DNA of 64,000 nt. Origin: an uncultured Granulosicoccaceae bacterium. Lineage in GTDB: Bacteria > Pseudomonadota > Gammaproteobacteria > Granulosicoccales > Granulosicoccaceae. The stretch covers positions 8,087 through 72,086 of the forward strand of contig CALLBO010000071.1 in the NCBI GenBank assembly GCA_937998875.1. The letters run 5' to 3'. This document shows, one piece after another, positions 8,292-17,933 of this stretch. The notes under the pieces were generated by a model. That model made no database searches. It was not told the origin of the DNA and saw nothing but the letters and a program-made list of their open reading frames with translations. Numbering within the stretch: the stretch's first letter is position 1; each line of letters starts with the position of its first letter. A program made the translations under genes and the position numbers.

Positions 8292-9653
8292 ATGAACAAT
8301 CTGTTTGATCTCGCGCAAGGTCTTGAGCGCAAAAAAGTCTCCAGCCGTGAACTGGTTGAGCACTGCCTGCATAACATCGAAGCACCGGACGGCGAAGGTC
8401 ACAACACCTTCCTGACGGTGAATAAAGAACGGGCCCTTGCCGAGGCCGACAGCATAGATGCGGCCCGAAAAGCCTCGATCAACCTGTCGCCATTCAGCGG
8501 CATTCCAATATCAATCAAGGATCTGTTCGACACGGCAGGTCAGGTGACCACCGCCGGCTCCCACGTGTTGGATGAACAGAGACCGGCACGCCACGATGCA
8601 CCCGCAATCAGTAAATTAAAGCAGGCTGGCTTTATTGTGATCGGCAAAACCAATATGACAGAGTTTGCCTACTCGGGCCTCGGTATCAATGCTCACTACG
8701 GCACACCGGCGTGCCCGTATGATCGACAAACGCGACGCATTCCGGGCGGTTCAAGTTCAGGTGCTGCGGTATCAGTAACAGATGAAATGGCTGCAGCGGC
8801 CATCGGCACAGACACAGGCGGATCAACCCGCATACCTGCAGCACTTTGCGGTCTTGTCGGATTCAAACCAACCGCACACAGAGTTTCAACTGACGGTTGT
8901 ATCCCATTATCCACCTCACTCGATTCCGTTGGCCCCATTGGCAACAGCGTCACCTGCTGTGCACTACTCGATGCGATTATGGCGGGTGATCCCGAAATTG
9001 AAACAGCACCGTTTCCCGAAGTCGGCCTGCGCCTCGGCGTGTTGAACGGGTTCGCCATGGAAGATCTTGATAACGACGTGGCCACTGCTTTTGATGACGC
9101 ACTGCAGCGCCTTGGTAAACGCGGCGTGCTGGTAAAGAGCCATAACCTCCTGGAGCTCGAGAGCTACGTTGCACATATCAATCGAGCCTGCCTGGTCGGA
9201 TCAGAAGCCTACGCTTATCATGAACAGATGCTGACTGACCGCGAGGAGTACTATGACCCCTGGGTTTACAGTCGCATAAAGGCGAGCGCTTCATTCACCG
9301 CAACCGACTACATAAACACACTGGACCGTCGGGCAAAGTGTCAACAGAAAACAGCAGAACGCAATATCGGTCTGGACGCCATCGTCTTACCAACGGTACC
9401 GCTGATTCCACAGCCAATTGCATCATTAATAGAAGACAACGAGTTATCACTGCGTGTTAACGGACTTAATCTACGCAATACCTCCATTGCCAATACACTG
9501 AATGCACCCGCCATCACAATACCGTGCCACAGCCCTGATCGACCACCGGTCGGGTTTATGCTTATCGGTAAGCACGGTAAAGACCGTGAATTACTATCGA
9601 TAGCACGCAGTATTGAACCCATCATTCGTCGCAATAGCCACGACAACAGATAG
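8292..9653 (+). CDS. amidase-signature family amidase
   Basis: Contains GGSSSGAAV and the Ser-cisSer-Lys context (IKDLF...). ATG at 8292 is preferred over the long N-terminal extension in the ORF track. Confidence 0.85.
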   Translation: MNNLFDLAQGLERKKVSSRELVEHCLHNIEAPDGEGHNTFLTVNKERALAEADSIDAARKASINLSPFSGIPISIKDLFDTAGQVTTAGSHVLDEQRPARHDAPAISKLKQAGFIVIGKTNMTEFAYSGLGINAHYGTPACPYDRQTRRIPGGSSSGAAVSVTDEMAAAAIGTDTGGSTRIPAALCGLVGFKPTAHRVSTDGCIPLSTSLDSVGPIGNSVTCCALLDAIMAGDPEIETAPFPEVGLRLGVLNGFAMEDLDNDVATAFDDALQRLGKRGVLVKSHNLLELESYVAHINRACLVGSEAYAYHEQMLTDREEYYDPWVYSRIKASASFTATDYINTLDRRAKCQQKTAERNIGLDAIVLPTVPLIPQPIASLIEDNELSLRVNGLNLRNTSIANTLNAPAITIPCHSPDRPPVGFMLIGKHGKDRELLSIARSIEPIIRRNSHDNR

Positions 9654-9682
9654 TCCGTTCAAACCTACAACCGGGTAGTGAT

Positions 9683-10285
9683 ATGAAGACAGTAAACTTT
9701 ACTGCCATGAAAGACGGCACCAGAGAAGAGTATGAATTTCTGCGCACGCAGGAACATGCCTTCAACACAATGACGGCCGATCGTATACTCAGAGAACTCG
9801 CGTCTCAGGCACAAGACACGATCGGTGGTTATAAGATCACCCGGTTGCAACACGCACTACAGTCTGCGACACGCGCAACACACGACGCAGCCGATGCAGA
9901 CTGGATAGTCGCCGCCTTGCTACACGACATCGGGGATGGGCTAGCACCGCAAAATCACGACAAGCTGGCAGCGGAGATTATCCGTCCGTTTGTTCGCGAA
10001 GAAGTTTCGTGGGTTGTTGAGCATCACGGTGTATTCCAGATGGTGTACTACGCACATCACTACGATGGCTGGAACCAGTTCGAGCGCGAGACTTATAAAG
10101 ACAGTCCTTACTATCAAAGCTGCGTTGACTTTTGCGAACGGTGGGATCAATCATCATTCGATCCTGACTACGACATGCTGCCACTCGAACACTTTGAGCC
10201 GATGGTGCGTGAGGTATTTGATCGCAAAGCTTATGATCAGGAGGTTTTGCAGCCTGGTGTTGTTCTCGGTCTACCGGCTATGTAG
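9683..10285 (+). CDS. HD-domain metal-dependent hydrolase/oxygenase family protein
   Basis: Contains LQHALQ...AALLHDIGD...EHHG histidine/aspartate motifs of the HD superfamily (PhnZ/MIOX-like arrangement). Confidence 0.65.
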   Translation: MKTVNFTAMKDGTREEYEFLRTQEHAFNTMTADRILRELASQAQDTIGGYKITRLQHALQSATRATHDAADADWIVAALLHDIGDGLAPQNHDKLAAEIIRPFVREEVSWVVEHHGVFQMVYYAHHYDGWNQFERETYKDSPYYQSCVDFCERWDQSSFDPDYDMLPLEHFEPMVREVFDRKAYDQEVLQPGVVLGLPAM

Positions 10286-10498
10286 GCGTTTCGCTACCCA
10301 CCTGATTTCGCCTGTTGCAACAGGGTCGCATTTGAGCGCATCAAGGGTATTCCGCTTAAAAATTGATCAAATTATACAACCCCACTTCCAAAGCAAACTA
10401 CACTTCGTACTCTCCCCGGGAGAATGTCTGTATGTGATCTTGTCACCACCAACGAGGCCGTTTGAAAACCTGGTTTACCACCCGTAAGAACACAGCAT

Positions 10499-10526
10499 TT
10501 GTCGTTCAAACACCGTGAACTATAAT
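10499..10526 (+). promoter_or_regulatory. candidate sigma70 promoter for the DUF368 gene
   Basis: TTGTCG, 16-nt spacer, perfect TATAAT (10521-10526), 52 nt upstream of the ATG at 10579. Confidence 0.25.
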
Positions 10527-10578
10527 TAGCCCTACCTTGCAGCAATCACCCCCGCCCTAATTCCAAGAAGCTTCCAAT

Positions 10579-11502
10579 ATGCTCTCGCAATCGATCTCTG
10601 TATTCTTAAAAGGCCTCGCCATGGGAGCAGCCAATGTCATCCCGGGTGTATCTGGCGGTACGATTGCGTTGATCACCGGCATCTACGAAAGACTGATTAA
10701 CGCGATAAAATCTATCGATCTCAAGGCACTAAAACTCTTACTGAATCAGCAGTGGCGTGCATTCTGGACAGAGATTGACGGCACGTTTTTAACCGCGCTG
10801 TTTGCAGGCATTGGCGTTAGTATCATCAGTTTAGCGAAACTACTCGAATTTCTGCTGGAAAAACACGAAACGCTGACGATGGCGTTCTTCTTCGGTCTGA
10901 TTTTAATTTCAGTATTCCTCGTGGCGCGTACTGTCCGAACATGGGGAGTTACTTCTTATATAGCGCTTGCTATCGGCACTGCCATCGCCATTGGCATTGC
11001 ACTACTTGCTCCAGCCACTGAAAACAGCGCTTTCTTGTATGTGTTTGCCTGCGGTATCGTCGCGATGTGCAGTATGATTCTACCGGGTTTATCCGGATCA
11101 TTCGTTCTGATAATAATGGGGAACTATGCGCTGATACTAGGCGCGATTGGCAGCTTTGACATGTCGATACTTATCCCGCTGGCACTAGGTTGCGGATTCG
11201 GGTTGATTGCCTTCTCACATGTACTGGCATGGGTGTTCAAAAACTTCCACGACCAGACTATCGCGCTAATGAGTGGGTTTATTCTTGGCTCACTGGCGAT
11301 AATATGGCCATGGAAAAACACACTGATAAATACTATTCAACGCGACGGCAAACCACCAAAAGAAGTCGTCACCGGATACGAGTGGTTTCTACCTTCGTTA
11401 GCCAGCGCAGCCACCTGGCTTGCCATTGCGCTAATAATCGCGGGCGCTGTGTCTCTATGGCTGATGGAAAAGAGCACCTCCAGTGAAAACGCCGAAAGCT
11501 GA
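10579..11502 (+). CDS. DUF368-family membrane protein (family linked to undecaprenyl-phosphate recycling)
   Basis: Contains GAANVIPGVSGGTIALITGIYERLI and a second ILPGLSGSF half-repeat. Polytopic. Confidence 0.8.
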   Translation: MLSQSISVFLKGLAMGAANVIPGVSGGTIALITGIYERLINAIKSIDLKALKLLLNQQWRAFWTEIDGTFLTALFAGIGVSIISLAKLLEFLLEKHETLTMAFFFGLILISVFLVARTVRTWGVTSYIALAIGTAIAIGIALLAPATENSAFLYVFACGIVAMCSMILPGLSGSFVLIIMGNYALILGAIGSFDMSILIPLALGCGFGLIAFSHVLAWVFKNFHDQTIALMSGFILGSLAIIWPWKNTLINTIQRDGKPPKEVVTGYEWFLPSLASAATWLAIALIIAGAVSLWLMEKSTSSENAES

Positions 11503-11504
11503 CA

Positions 11505-13364
11505 TTAAAGACCCTCATAGACCACCCGGAACCCGACACCACCGTCGCGAAAAAACACTCTCTCGTTACCCCGATAACTGACACGCGCGTAACTCGAATC
11601 GTTGTACCAGGCTCCACCGCGCAGCACGTGGCGCTCACAACCCTCTTGTTCAACTGCTGCTGAACTTTCTGTACGGCCACTGTAATTATCAGTCCAGCAG
11701 TCCTGCACCCACTCCCAGACATTACCGTGAGTGTCGTACAACCCAAATTCATTAGGATCAAAACTGCCTACCGGAGCTAGAGACTGTCCGGCCCATTGTC
11801 CACCACAGCCAACGCAGTTCGCAGCATTAACTAACGTCTCACCGGTAAAGAAATCCGTCGTGGTCCCGGCTCTTGCTGCATACTCCCACTCCGACTCGGT
11901 TGGCAGCCGGAAAAGTTTCCGGGTTTTCTTACTAAGCCACTCTGTATAGGCAACCGCATCCCGCCAACTGACATAGGTAGCTGGTAAAGTACTTTCCTCT
12001 GGCAAGTACTGCGGAACAGGTCGGCCGGTTGCGAGAGCGAACACACGATATTGCTGCAGTGTTATCTCATGCTTCGACATGCTGAATGCGTCTATCACAA
12101 CATTGTGTACAGGCTTCTCATCATCTGCACCGCTCTCACTGCCCATCATGAAACTACCGGCAGGAATGGCGACCATAACGGGTGCCACAAACTCAATGTC
12201 CGAAGATGGTTCTTCCAGTATTGCTGTTGTGCTGTCACTTTGGAGATAGCTCACCGCCGGGGCACTCTGTCCGGTTGCAGTCTTTGTGTTCTGTTCTGTA
12301 TTAAGCTGATTGGCAAGCTCCACCTCACGCGCTCTAGCACGCTCTTTGGCACGCTCTTTAGCAGCATCCGCAATTTGTTTTTTCAGTTCATCCTGACGCT
12401 CAACTTCCGGATTGAACTGGATAGCCTTTAACATGTGCTGACTTGCGCGCTCAAGATCACCTTGACTCAACGCTTTTCTACCCAACAGCATCAGGATTCG
12501 GGCAATGTAGTTTGTTCCATTGACAGAGTAGTCATGGGCCGGGTGGATTTCTTTCAGACGCCGGATCTTTTCAAATGCATTATCGCCGAGCGGTTCATGC
12601 AAGCGACGGCGCTCAAGGTCTCTCGTTATTCCTTCTACCAACTCGGTCTGTTCATCAGTGAATGTCTCGGTAGTAACTTTGCCGCTAAATTTCACTGGTT
12701 GATCAACGGCCTCAATCGATCGGGAGACCTGAGCAGTTTTGTCTGCTTCCGGTGGATCCGGTTTTCCCGGTTCGGTCACTACCGGGTTGCCGTTGCCTGA
12801 CTCACCCTTGTCAGTCTTACCGTCACCGACAGTGCTTTCATCGGCAGTGCTTTCATCGGCAGGAGTATCATCTGCGCTACCGTTTTGCTCAGCCGTGGCA
12901 ATACCGGCTTTAAGTTCTGACTGACGTTTTACTTGCGGGTCAAACTCTATCGCCTGCTGCAGACGCTGCGTCGCCAGTGCCAGATTGCCTTCGCGCAGCG
13001 ATTTCCGACCAAGCACCATCATGATACGGGCTATGTACTTTGATCCATTAACCGAGTAATCGTGTAGTGGATGCAGTTCTTTCAGACGCTGGATCTGCTC
13101 GTTGGCATTATTGCCCCGCGGTCGGGTTAGATTACGGCGTTTCAAATTCAGGGTTATCTGTGCTACCAACGCCGCTTGTTCTTCAGTATATGTGTCTGTT
13201 GTGACATCATCGGAAGATGCTTGCAACTGCTGCTCAACACTGCCAACCGACGTGTCAGACTCCAGGCAGACTTCTTCACCGCCTACACACTGCGCGGAAA
13301 GCGGTGACGTTAAGGACAGCAATAGCATAGCCGATGCGAGCGCTGAACGAACCAAACCTGACAT
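11505..13364 (-). CDS. secreted FGE/SUMF1-domain protein with a duplicated N-terminal helical module
   Basis: Signal peptide. The C-terminus has GNVWEWVQDCW...RGGAWY, characteristic of the formylglycine-generating-enzyme fold. Two 103-aa internal copies occupy aa 54-156 and 230-332. Confidence 0.8.
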   Translation of the reverse strand: MSGLVRSALASAMLLLSLTSPLSAQCVGGEEVCLESDTSVGSVEQQLQASSDDVTTDTYTEEQAALVAQITLNLKRRNLTRPRGNNANEQIQRLKELHPLHDYSVNGSKYIARIMMVLGRKSLREGNLALATQRLQQAIEFDPQVKRQSELKAGIATAEQNGSADDTPADESTADESTVGDGKTDKGESGNGNPVVTEPGKPDPPEADKTAQVSRSIEAVDQPVKFSGKVTTETFTDEQTELVEGITRDLERRRLHEPLGDNAFEKIRRLKEIHPAHDYSVNGTNYIARILMLLGRKALSQGDLERASQHMLKAIQFNPEVERQDELKKQIADAAKERAKERARAREVELANQLNTEQNTKTATGQSAPAVSYLQSDSTTAILEEPSSDIEFVAPVMVAIPAGSFMMGSESGADDEKPVHNVVIDAFSMSKHEITLQQYRVFALATGRPVPQYLPEESTLPATYVSWRDAVAYTEWLSKKTRKLFRLPTESEWEYAARAGTTTDFFTGETLVNAANCVGCGGQWAGQSLAPVGSFDPNEFGLYDTHGNVWEWVQDCWTDNYSGRTESSAAVEQEGCERHVLRGGAWYNDSSYARVSYRGNERVFFRDGGVGFRVVYEGL

Positions 13365-13610
13365 TTAATTTCCGTAGACTTATAGCAGCAGTTGTCGGAC
13401 CTGAGTTGATGACAATAAGCCCGAAGCTGTACCTGCCACAACTGATCCGCTGAGCCGGAATTGTAACGCCAATCCCACCTGGTTGCGAGCGCACGACACG
13501 ACTACTGTTGAACACAAACTGCCTGCTAGCATCAAGCGAATACAACCGTCAACCAGATACAGATACAACCTGTGTCCGGATACAACCGGGGTTACCGGCT
13601 ACACCCGGTG

Positions 13611-13979
13611 TTATCCGGCTACAACTGTTCCGGGCTTCGTCTGAGGTTTACCCAATGGCTTGGGTTTCACCTTGACTCCCAACCTCTGCAGCTCTAACTC
13701 AAGCGCTTTGACATCCCACGAAGTCAGGTAAAACTGCATCGGTACAGTGATACGAATTCTGCCGTGACCCTGCGGTGGTTTAACCCAATAGGTAGCAAGC
13801 TTACTCACAACAACTACACGATTCGGCAATTGTTTCGTATAACTCACTTTGATAGTTGATCCACCGAAAACGCTATGCTGCAACTCAGACGCATGAACAA
13901 CAACATCAGCAGAAACGGTTGACGACAACATAAGCAAACAGGCAACCAACGTTGAACATACTGAATTAAAGATTCTCAT
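13611..13979 (-). CDS. small secreted protein of unknown function
   Basis: 122 aa with a clear signal peptide (...SSTVSAD). The start overlaps the upstream stop by ATGA. Confidence 0.5.
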   Translation of the reverse strand: MRIFNSVCSTLVACLLMLSSTVSADVVVHASELQHSVFGGSTIKVSYTKQLPNRVVVVSKLATYWVKPPQGHGRIRITVPMQFYLTSWDVKALELELQRLGVKVKPKPLGKPQTKPGTVVAG

Positions 13980-14788
13980 TTGCTTTCCCCGCCTGTTGCC
14001 TGGGTTGCCGGTTGTTTGATCGCAGCCAGATCTGCAGTTTTTTGACCGGACCGATTCTTCGCTTTGCTGTTGTCCGGTTTTTCAGGGCTCGCATTCTTTT
14101 GGCGTGCTTTTTTCTTTTCTACTTCCTTCTGGTCTACTTTTTTCTGATCTACTTTTTTCTGATCTACTTTTTTCGGACTTGTTTTCTTCTGCCTGGCTCT
14201 ATTAGGGTTTTCACCTTTCTGCAACGACTCTTCAAGTCCACCAAAGATACCTTTAAAAGAAGTCAGCAGATGCGTTTCTGCAAAATGAACAAGCCTTTCA
14301 CTTCTACAAATACTGTACTCCATAGAATTGCCCATATGGCGTTCGCTGTAATCAATCAGACCATAGCGATCACCCACAATTGGTAGCGTTCTGTTAAGAA
14401 TTCGCTTTCTGGCGTTGCCACGCTGATCAGCCGATGCATCAGTTCCAACCATCGCGTCTACCAATCCACCGGCACTGTAGTGATCATTATTCAAAAGGCA
14501 TAGCAAGGAAATTAGATAAGTCTCAGATTCCAGCAATACTGATAGATGCTTTTTCTCATCTTTTGCCGAAGTCAGAGGTTGAATGCCAACTTCTTCGTAG
14601 ATAAAAAACTCAATACGGGACCACAGCGTAAACATCAACGCCAACTTTCCTATCTCGGCAGCACCATTAAACGAAGGAATCGTCGGGCGTTCCTCATACA
14701 CTCCCCAACCGGGAGTTACACCATGTTCTGCGGTGAACGGTGCGATGCTTTTCTTCACTGGCTTGTCACCAGAAACAGCTTCTCGCAT
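13976..14788 (-). CDS. hypothetical protein with a Lys-rich repetitive C-terminal tail
   Basis: 270 aa with no motif I recognise. The tail reads KKVDQKKVDQKKVDQKEVEKKKARQK. Confidence 0.5.
   Translation of the reverse strand: MREAVSGDKPVKKSIAPFTAEHGVTPGWGVYEERPTIPSFNGAAEIGKLALMFTLWSRIEFFIYEEVGIQPLTSAKDEKKHLSVLLESETYLISLLCLLNNDHYSAGGLVDAMVGTDASADQRGNARKRILNRTLPIVGDRYGLIDYSERHMGNSMEYSICRSERLVHFAETHLLTSFKGIFGGLEESLQKGENPNRARQKKTSPKKVDQKKVDQKKVDQKEVEKKKARQKNASPEKPDNSKAKNRSGQKTADLAAIKQPATQATGGESK
14119..14178 (-). repeat. 4 tandem 15-nt units (ctacttttttctgat and variants) encoding the KKVDQ repeats
   Basis: Read directly from the DNA. Confidence 0.85.
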
Positions 14789-14976
14789 GATTGACTCAGT
14801 GTTAACAACATATTTTCAAACTATAGTCTACGCGCAAAATCTCAAGTGCAAACGAGGGTAATAAATACCCCCGTTTACTTACTGACCGCCAGGTTTCAAT
14901 TTAGTTACACGGGCTACCGTACCCGGCCTTATCGTTACTCGATCGTACAGCTTAGGTTAAGTTTAAAACGCATTTG

Positions 14977-16449
14977 CTACTGTAGTGTCAGCGCGGAATA
15001 AAGCGGTGAATTACCGCGCTGTATCAACAGTGGCACTGGCGTGCCTGCGGGTACCTCACCTACCAGTGACGCAAGCTCGTCGACCGATGATACCTCTACG
15101 TGATTAAAAGAAATAACAACATCACCTGGCCGAATACCCGCTGCCGCAGCGGGACCTGATGGCTCAACTTGCTCAACCAATACCCCTTCTACTCCAAGCT
15201 CGTCTTTTTGCTCCTGTGTCATTGCAGAAACCACAAGTCCCAGCTTCGACTCATCCTGCTCTTCTTTGGCAGATGTCTTTACAGGTTTTGCCTGCGCATC
15301 TTCAAGCTCAGCAATGGTAACCGGCAAAACGATGCGCTCGCCTTGGCGCAGCACTTCCATCTCAGCTGTTTCACCTGCCGGCACTAGTCCTACCAGCGGA
15401 GGCAGGTTTGATGAACGCTCTATTTCCGCGTCGTTAAAAGACAGGATGATGTCTCCTGTTTTCACACCCGCCTTCTCCGCAGGACTGTTCTGCGTCACTT
15501 TTGAGACCAGCGCGCCGGTTGGACGATCCAGACCAAAAGATTGAGCCAGATCTTTATCAACGTTCTGAATCAGAACACCCAGCCATCCACGACTGACATA
15601 TCCGCTTTCTTTTAGTTGCGTCACAACCGACTTAACCACGTTAACAGGTATGGCAAACGATAAGCCCATATAGCCACCTGACTGGGAGAATATCTGTGAG
15701 TTCACACCGATAACTTCACCGTTGGTATCAAACAGTGGGCCGCCGGAATTACCTGGGTTAACTGCCGCATCTGTCTGAATAAATGGCACATAGTTTTCTT
15801 CAGGCAGGCTTCTGGACACTGCAGAAACAATTCCCTGTGTGGCGGTGTATTCGAAACCAAACGGCGAACCGATCGCCAACACCCATTGCCCGACGTTCAA
15901 TGAGCTTGAATCACCAAGCGTAAGAGTCGGCAAGCCGCTAGCGTCTACTTTTAATAGAGCGATGTCACTACGAGCGTCACTGCCAATCAAAGTAGCTACA
16001 AACTCCCGTCTGTCTGGTAACGCCACAGAAATTTCCGTCGCGTTATCCACAACGTGCGCATTGGTCACAATATATCCGTCTTCAGAAATAACAAATCCGG
16101 AACCAAATCCTGCACTTGGCCGGGAGTCAGGTTGTTGGGGCAGATTTTCAAAGTATCGCCGCAGAGGTTCCGGAAACTGCTGGCTATCAAAATCGGGGAC
16201 CGCAGCCCTAGCTTTTCCAACAACTGATACCTTTACCACCGCACTACCTTGCTCATTGACCAGCTTTTCAAAGTCCGGCACCTCCAGAGCCATTGATTTA
16301 CCCGGCATCAGCGTGGTCAGGAAAAGTGCCACCGCTATCATCAACCAGCCGCGCAATATAAAGACGTTGCTTTGACTATTGACCGGCGGATTCGACTCGT
16401 AGAGACATTGTTTATTCATCGGTTTTTCTCCATTGATTTGCATCATCAT
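14977..16449 (-). CDS. periplasmic serine endoprotease, DegP/DegQ/HtrA family (trypsin domain plus 2 PDZ domains)
   Basis: Contains TNAHVV, DIALLK and GNSGGPL (the catalytic triad context), followed by two PDZ-like segments. The start may be Met11 at 16419. Confidence 0.9.
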   Translation of the reverse strand: MMMQINGEKPMNKQCLYESNPPVNSQSNVFILRGWLMIAVALFLTTLMPGKSMALEVPDFEKLVNEQGSAVVKVSVVGKARAAVPDFDSQQFPEPLRRYFENLPQQPDSRPSAGFGSGFVISEDGYIVTNAHVVDNATEISVALPDRREFVATLIGSDARSDIALLKVDASGLPTLTLGDSSSLNVGQWVLAIGSPFGFEYTATQGIVSAVSRSLPEENYVPFIQTDAAVNPGNSGGPLFDTNGEVIGVNSQIFSQSGGYMGLSFAIPVNVVKSVVTQLKESGYVSRGWLGVLIQNVDKDLAQSFGLDRPTGALVSKVTQNSPAEKAGVKTGDIILSFNDAEIERSSNLPPLVGLVPAGETAEMEVLRQGERIVLPVTIAELEDAQAKPVKTSAKEEQDESKLGLVVSAMTQEQKDELGVEGVLVEQVEPSGPAAAAGIRPGDVVISFNHVEVSSVDELASLVGEVPAGTPVPLLIQRGNSPLYSALTLQ

Positions 16450-16585
16450 CGATGCCGTAACTTGATTAACGAAGGTGATAACTTCACGCGGATAACAATA
16501 GGGTTAATCGCATATTTTTCAAAACCGGTACTTTTAACCGGGTAAGTTTTACCCCCCGGCATCACGGGTCAGATATAATTGCCGG

Positions 16586-17404
16586 ATGAAAAATAAGACT
16601 GTCTTCACACTGCTTGGCTCAGGCTCGTCAGGAGGTGTTCCACGTATTGGAAATAACTGGGGTGCCTGCGATCCGGATAACCCCAAAAATCGGCGGCGCC
16701 GGTGTTCAATGCTGGTAGAAAAGATCGGCCCTGATGGTAAAACCTCTGTGCTTATTGACACGGGACCAGATATGCGAGAACAACTGCTAAGCGCGGAAGT
16801 CAGCTACCTTAATGCAGTTCTGCTTACGCACGAACATGCCGATCACATTGTTGGTCTGGATGACTTACGCCAGCTTTCAATTGCACACAGGGAAATGGTT
16901 AACGTATATATTGATAAAACCACTTCCGATCATGTTATGAAGGCATTTGGGTATTGCTTCACTCAGGCTGAAGGCAGCAGCTACCCGGCAGTTTGTCAGG
17001 AACATCGACTCAGCGCAGACAGTCCCGTTAACATCCATGGCGCTGGTGGTACAATCACCGCGCTGCCATTTGAGGTGAACCATGGTGATATTACTGCTCT
17101 GGGCTTCCGATTTGATGACCTGGTGTATCTGCCGGATGTAAAAACCGTGACAGCGTCATCAAGCCTGAAGGCACTGGAAGGTATTGATACGCTTATAATT
17201 GATGCACTGCGTTATACTGAACACCCGACACATATGAATGTTGCAGAGTCTTTAGCATTCATCGAACAGATCAAACCGGCACGCGCGATAATCACCAACA
17301 TGCATGTAGACATTGACTATCAAACAATTACTGCAGAGCTCCCGGCTGATGTAGTTGCCGCATACGATGGCATGACAATAAGCTACCCCGATCAGCCAAG
17401 CTGA
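16586..17404 (+). CDS. MBL-fold metallo-hydrolase (PhnP-like)
   Basis: Contains LGSGSSGGVPRIG...CDP..PKNRRRR and THEHADH (HxHxDH). Confidence 0.8.
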   Translation: MKNKTVFTLLGSGSSGGVPRIGNNWGACDPDNPKNRRRRCSMLVEKIGPDGKTSVLIDTGPDMREQLLSAEVSYLNAVLLTHEHADHIVGLDDLRQLSIAHREMVNVYIDKTTSDHVMKAFGYCFTQAEGSSYPAVCQEHRLSADSPVNIHGAGGTITALPFEVNHGDITALGFRFDDLVYLPDVKTVTASSSLKALEGIDTLIIDALRYTEHPTHMNVAESLAFIEQIKPARAIITNMHVDIDYQTITAELPADVVAAYDGMTISYPDQPS

Positions 17405-17475
17405 AATAGGTAAACGCCTAAATAACTAAACACACGAATCATATCTACACAATTTCAATTCCAGAGAAACACCTA

Positions 17476-17859
17476 ATGGCAAAAGAACAAAAGAACAGCA
17501 AAAAGAAAAAGTCAAAAAAGAAAAAAAACGATAAGAAAGCAAAAAGCACTATTGTAGATGGTGTGCCCACAGACCTCGTTTACGTTAAAAAAAGCAAGAC
17601 GCACGGCAAGGGGATGTTTGCGGCGAAGAAAATTAAAAAAGGCGTTGTACTTGGCCCGTTATTGGGCAGACCAACCAAAAAAGACGGCACTTACGTCTTG
17701 TGGCTCACTGATAAGAAGGGCCTGCGTGTCACCAACGACTATCGTTTTATCAATCACAGCTTTAAACCGAATTGCGCACTTACCGGCAAAGAAGTAGTGA
17801 CATTAAAATCTATAAAAAAGGATGAAGAGTTGTTTCATCACTATGGCTGGGAAGAGTAA
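17476..17859 (+). CDS. minimal SET-domain protein (putative lysine methyltransferase) with a poly-Lys N-terminal tail
   Basis: 127 aa. Contains HGKGMFA, RFINHSFKPNC and EELFHHYG (the SET GxG, NHS and ELxxxY motifs). The N-terminus is KNSKKKKSKKKKNDKKAK. Confidence 0.75.
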   Translation: MAKEQKNSKKKKSKKKKNDKKAKSTIVDGVPTDLVYVKKSKTHGKGMFAAKKIKKGVVLGPLLGRPTKKDGTYVLWLTDKKGLRVTNDYRFINHSFKPNCALTGKEVVTLKSIKKDEELFHHYGWEE

Positions 17860-17933
17860 GTTGATAACAATCGCTGTAGCGTTGCGGTGTTTGTAAGCCT
17901 TCGCTGGGGATCTTACCCTCACCGCTTTGCTCG

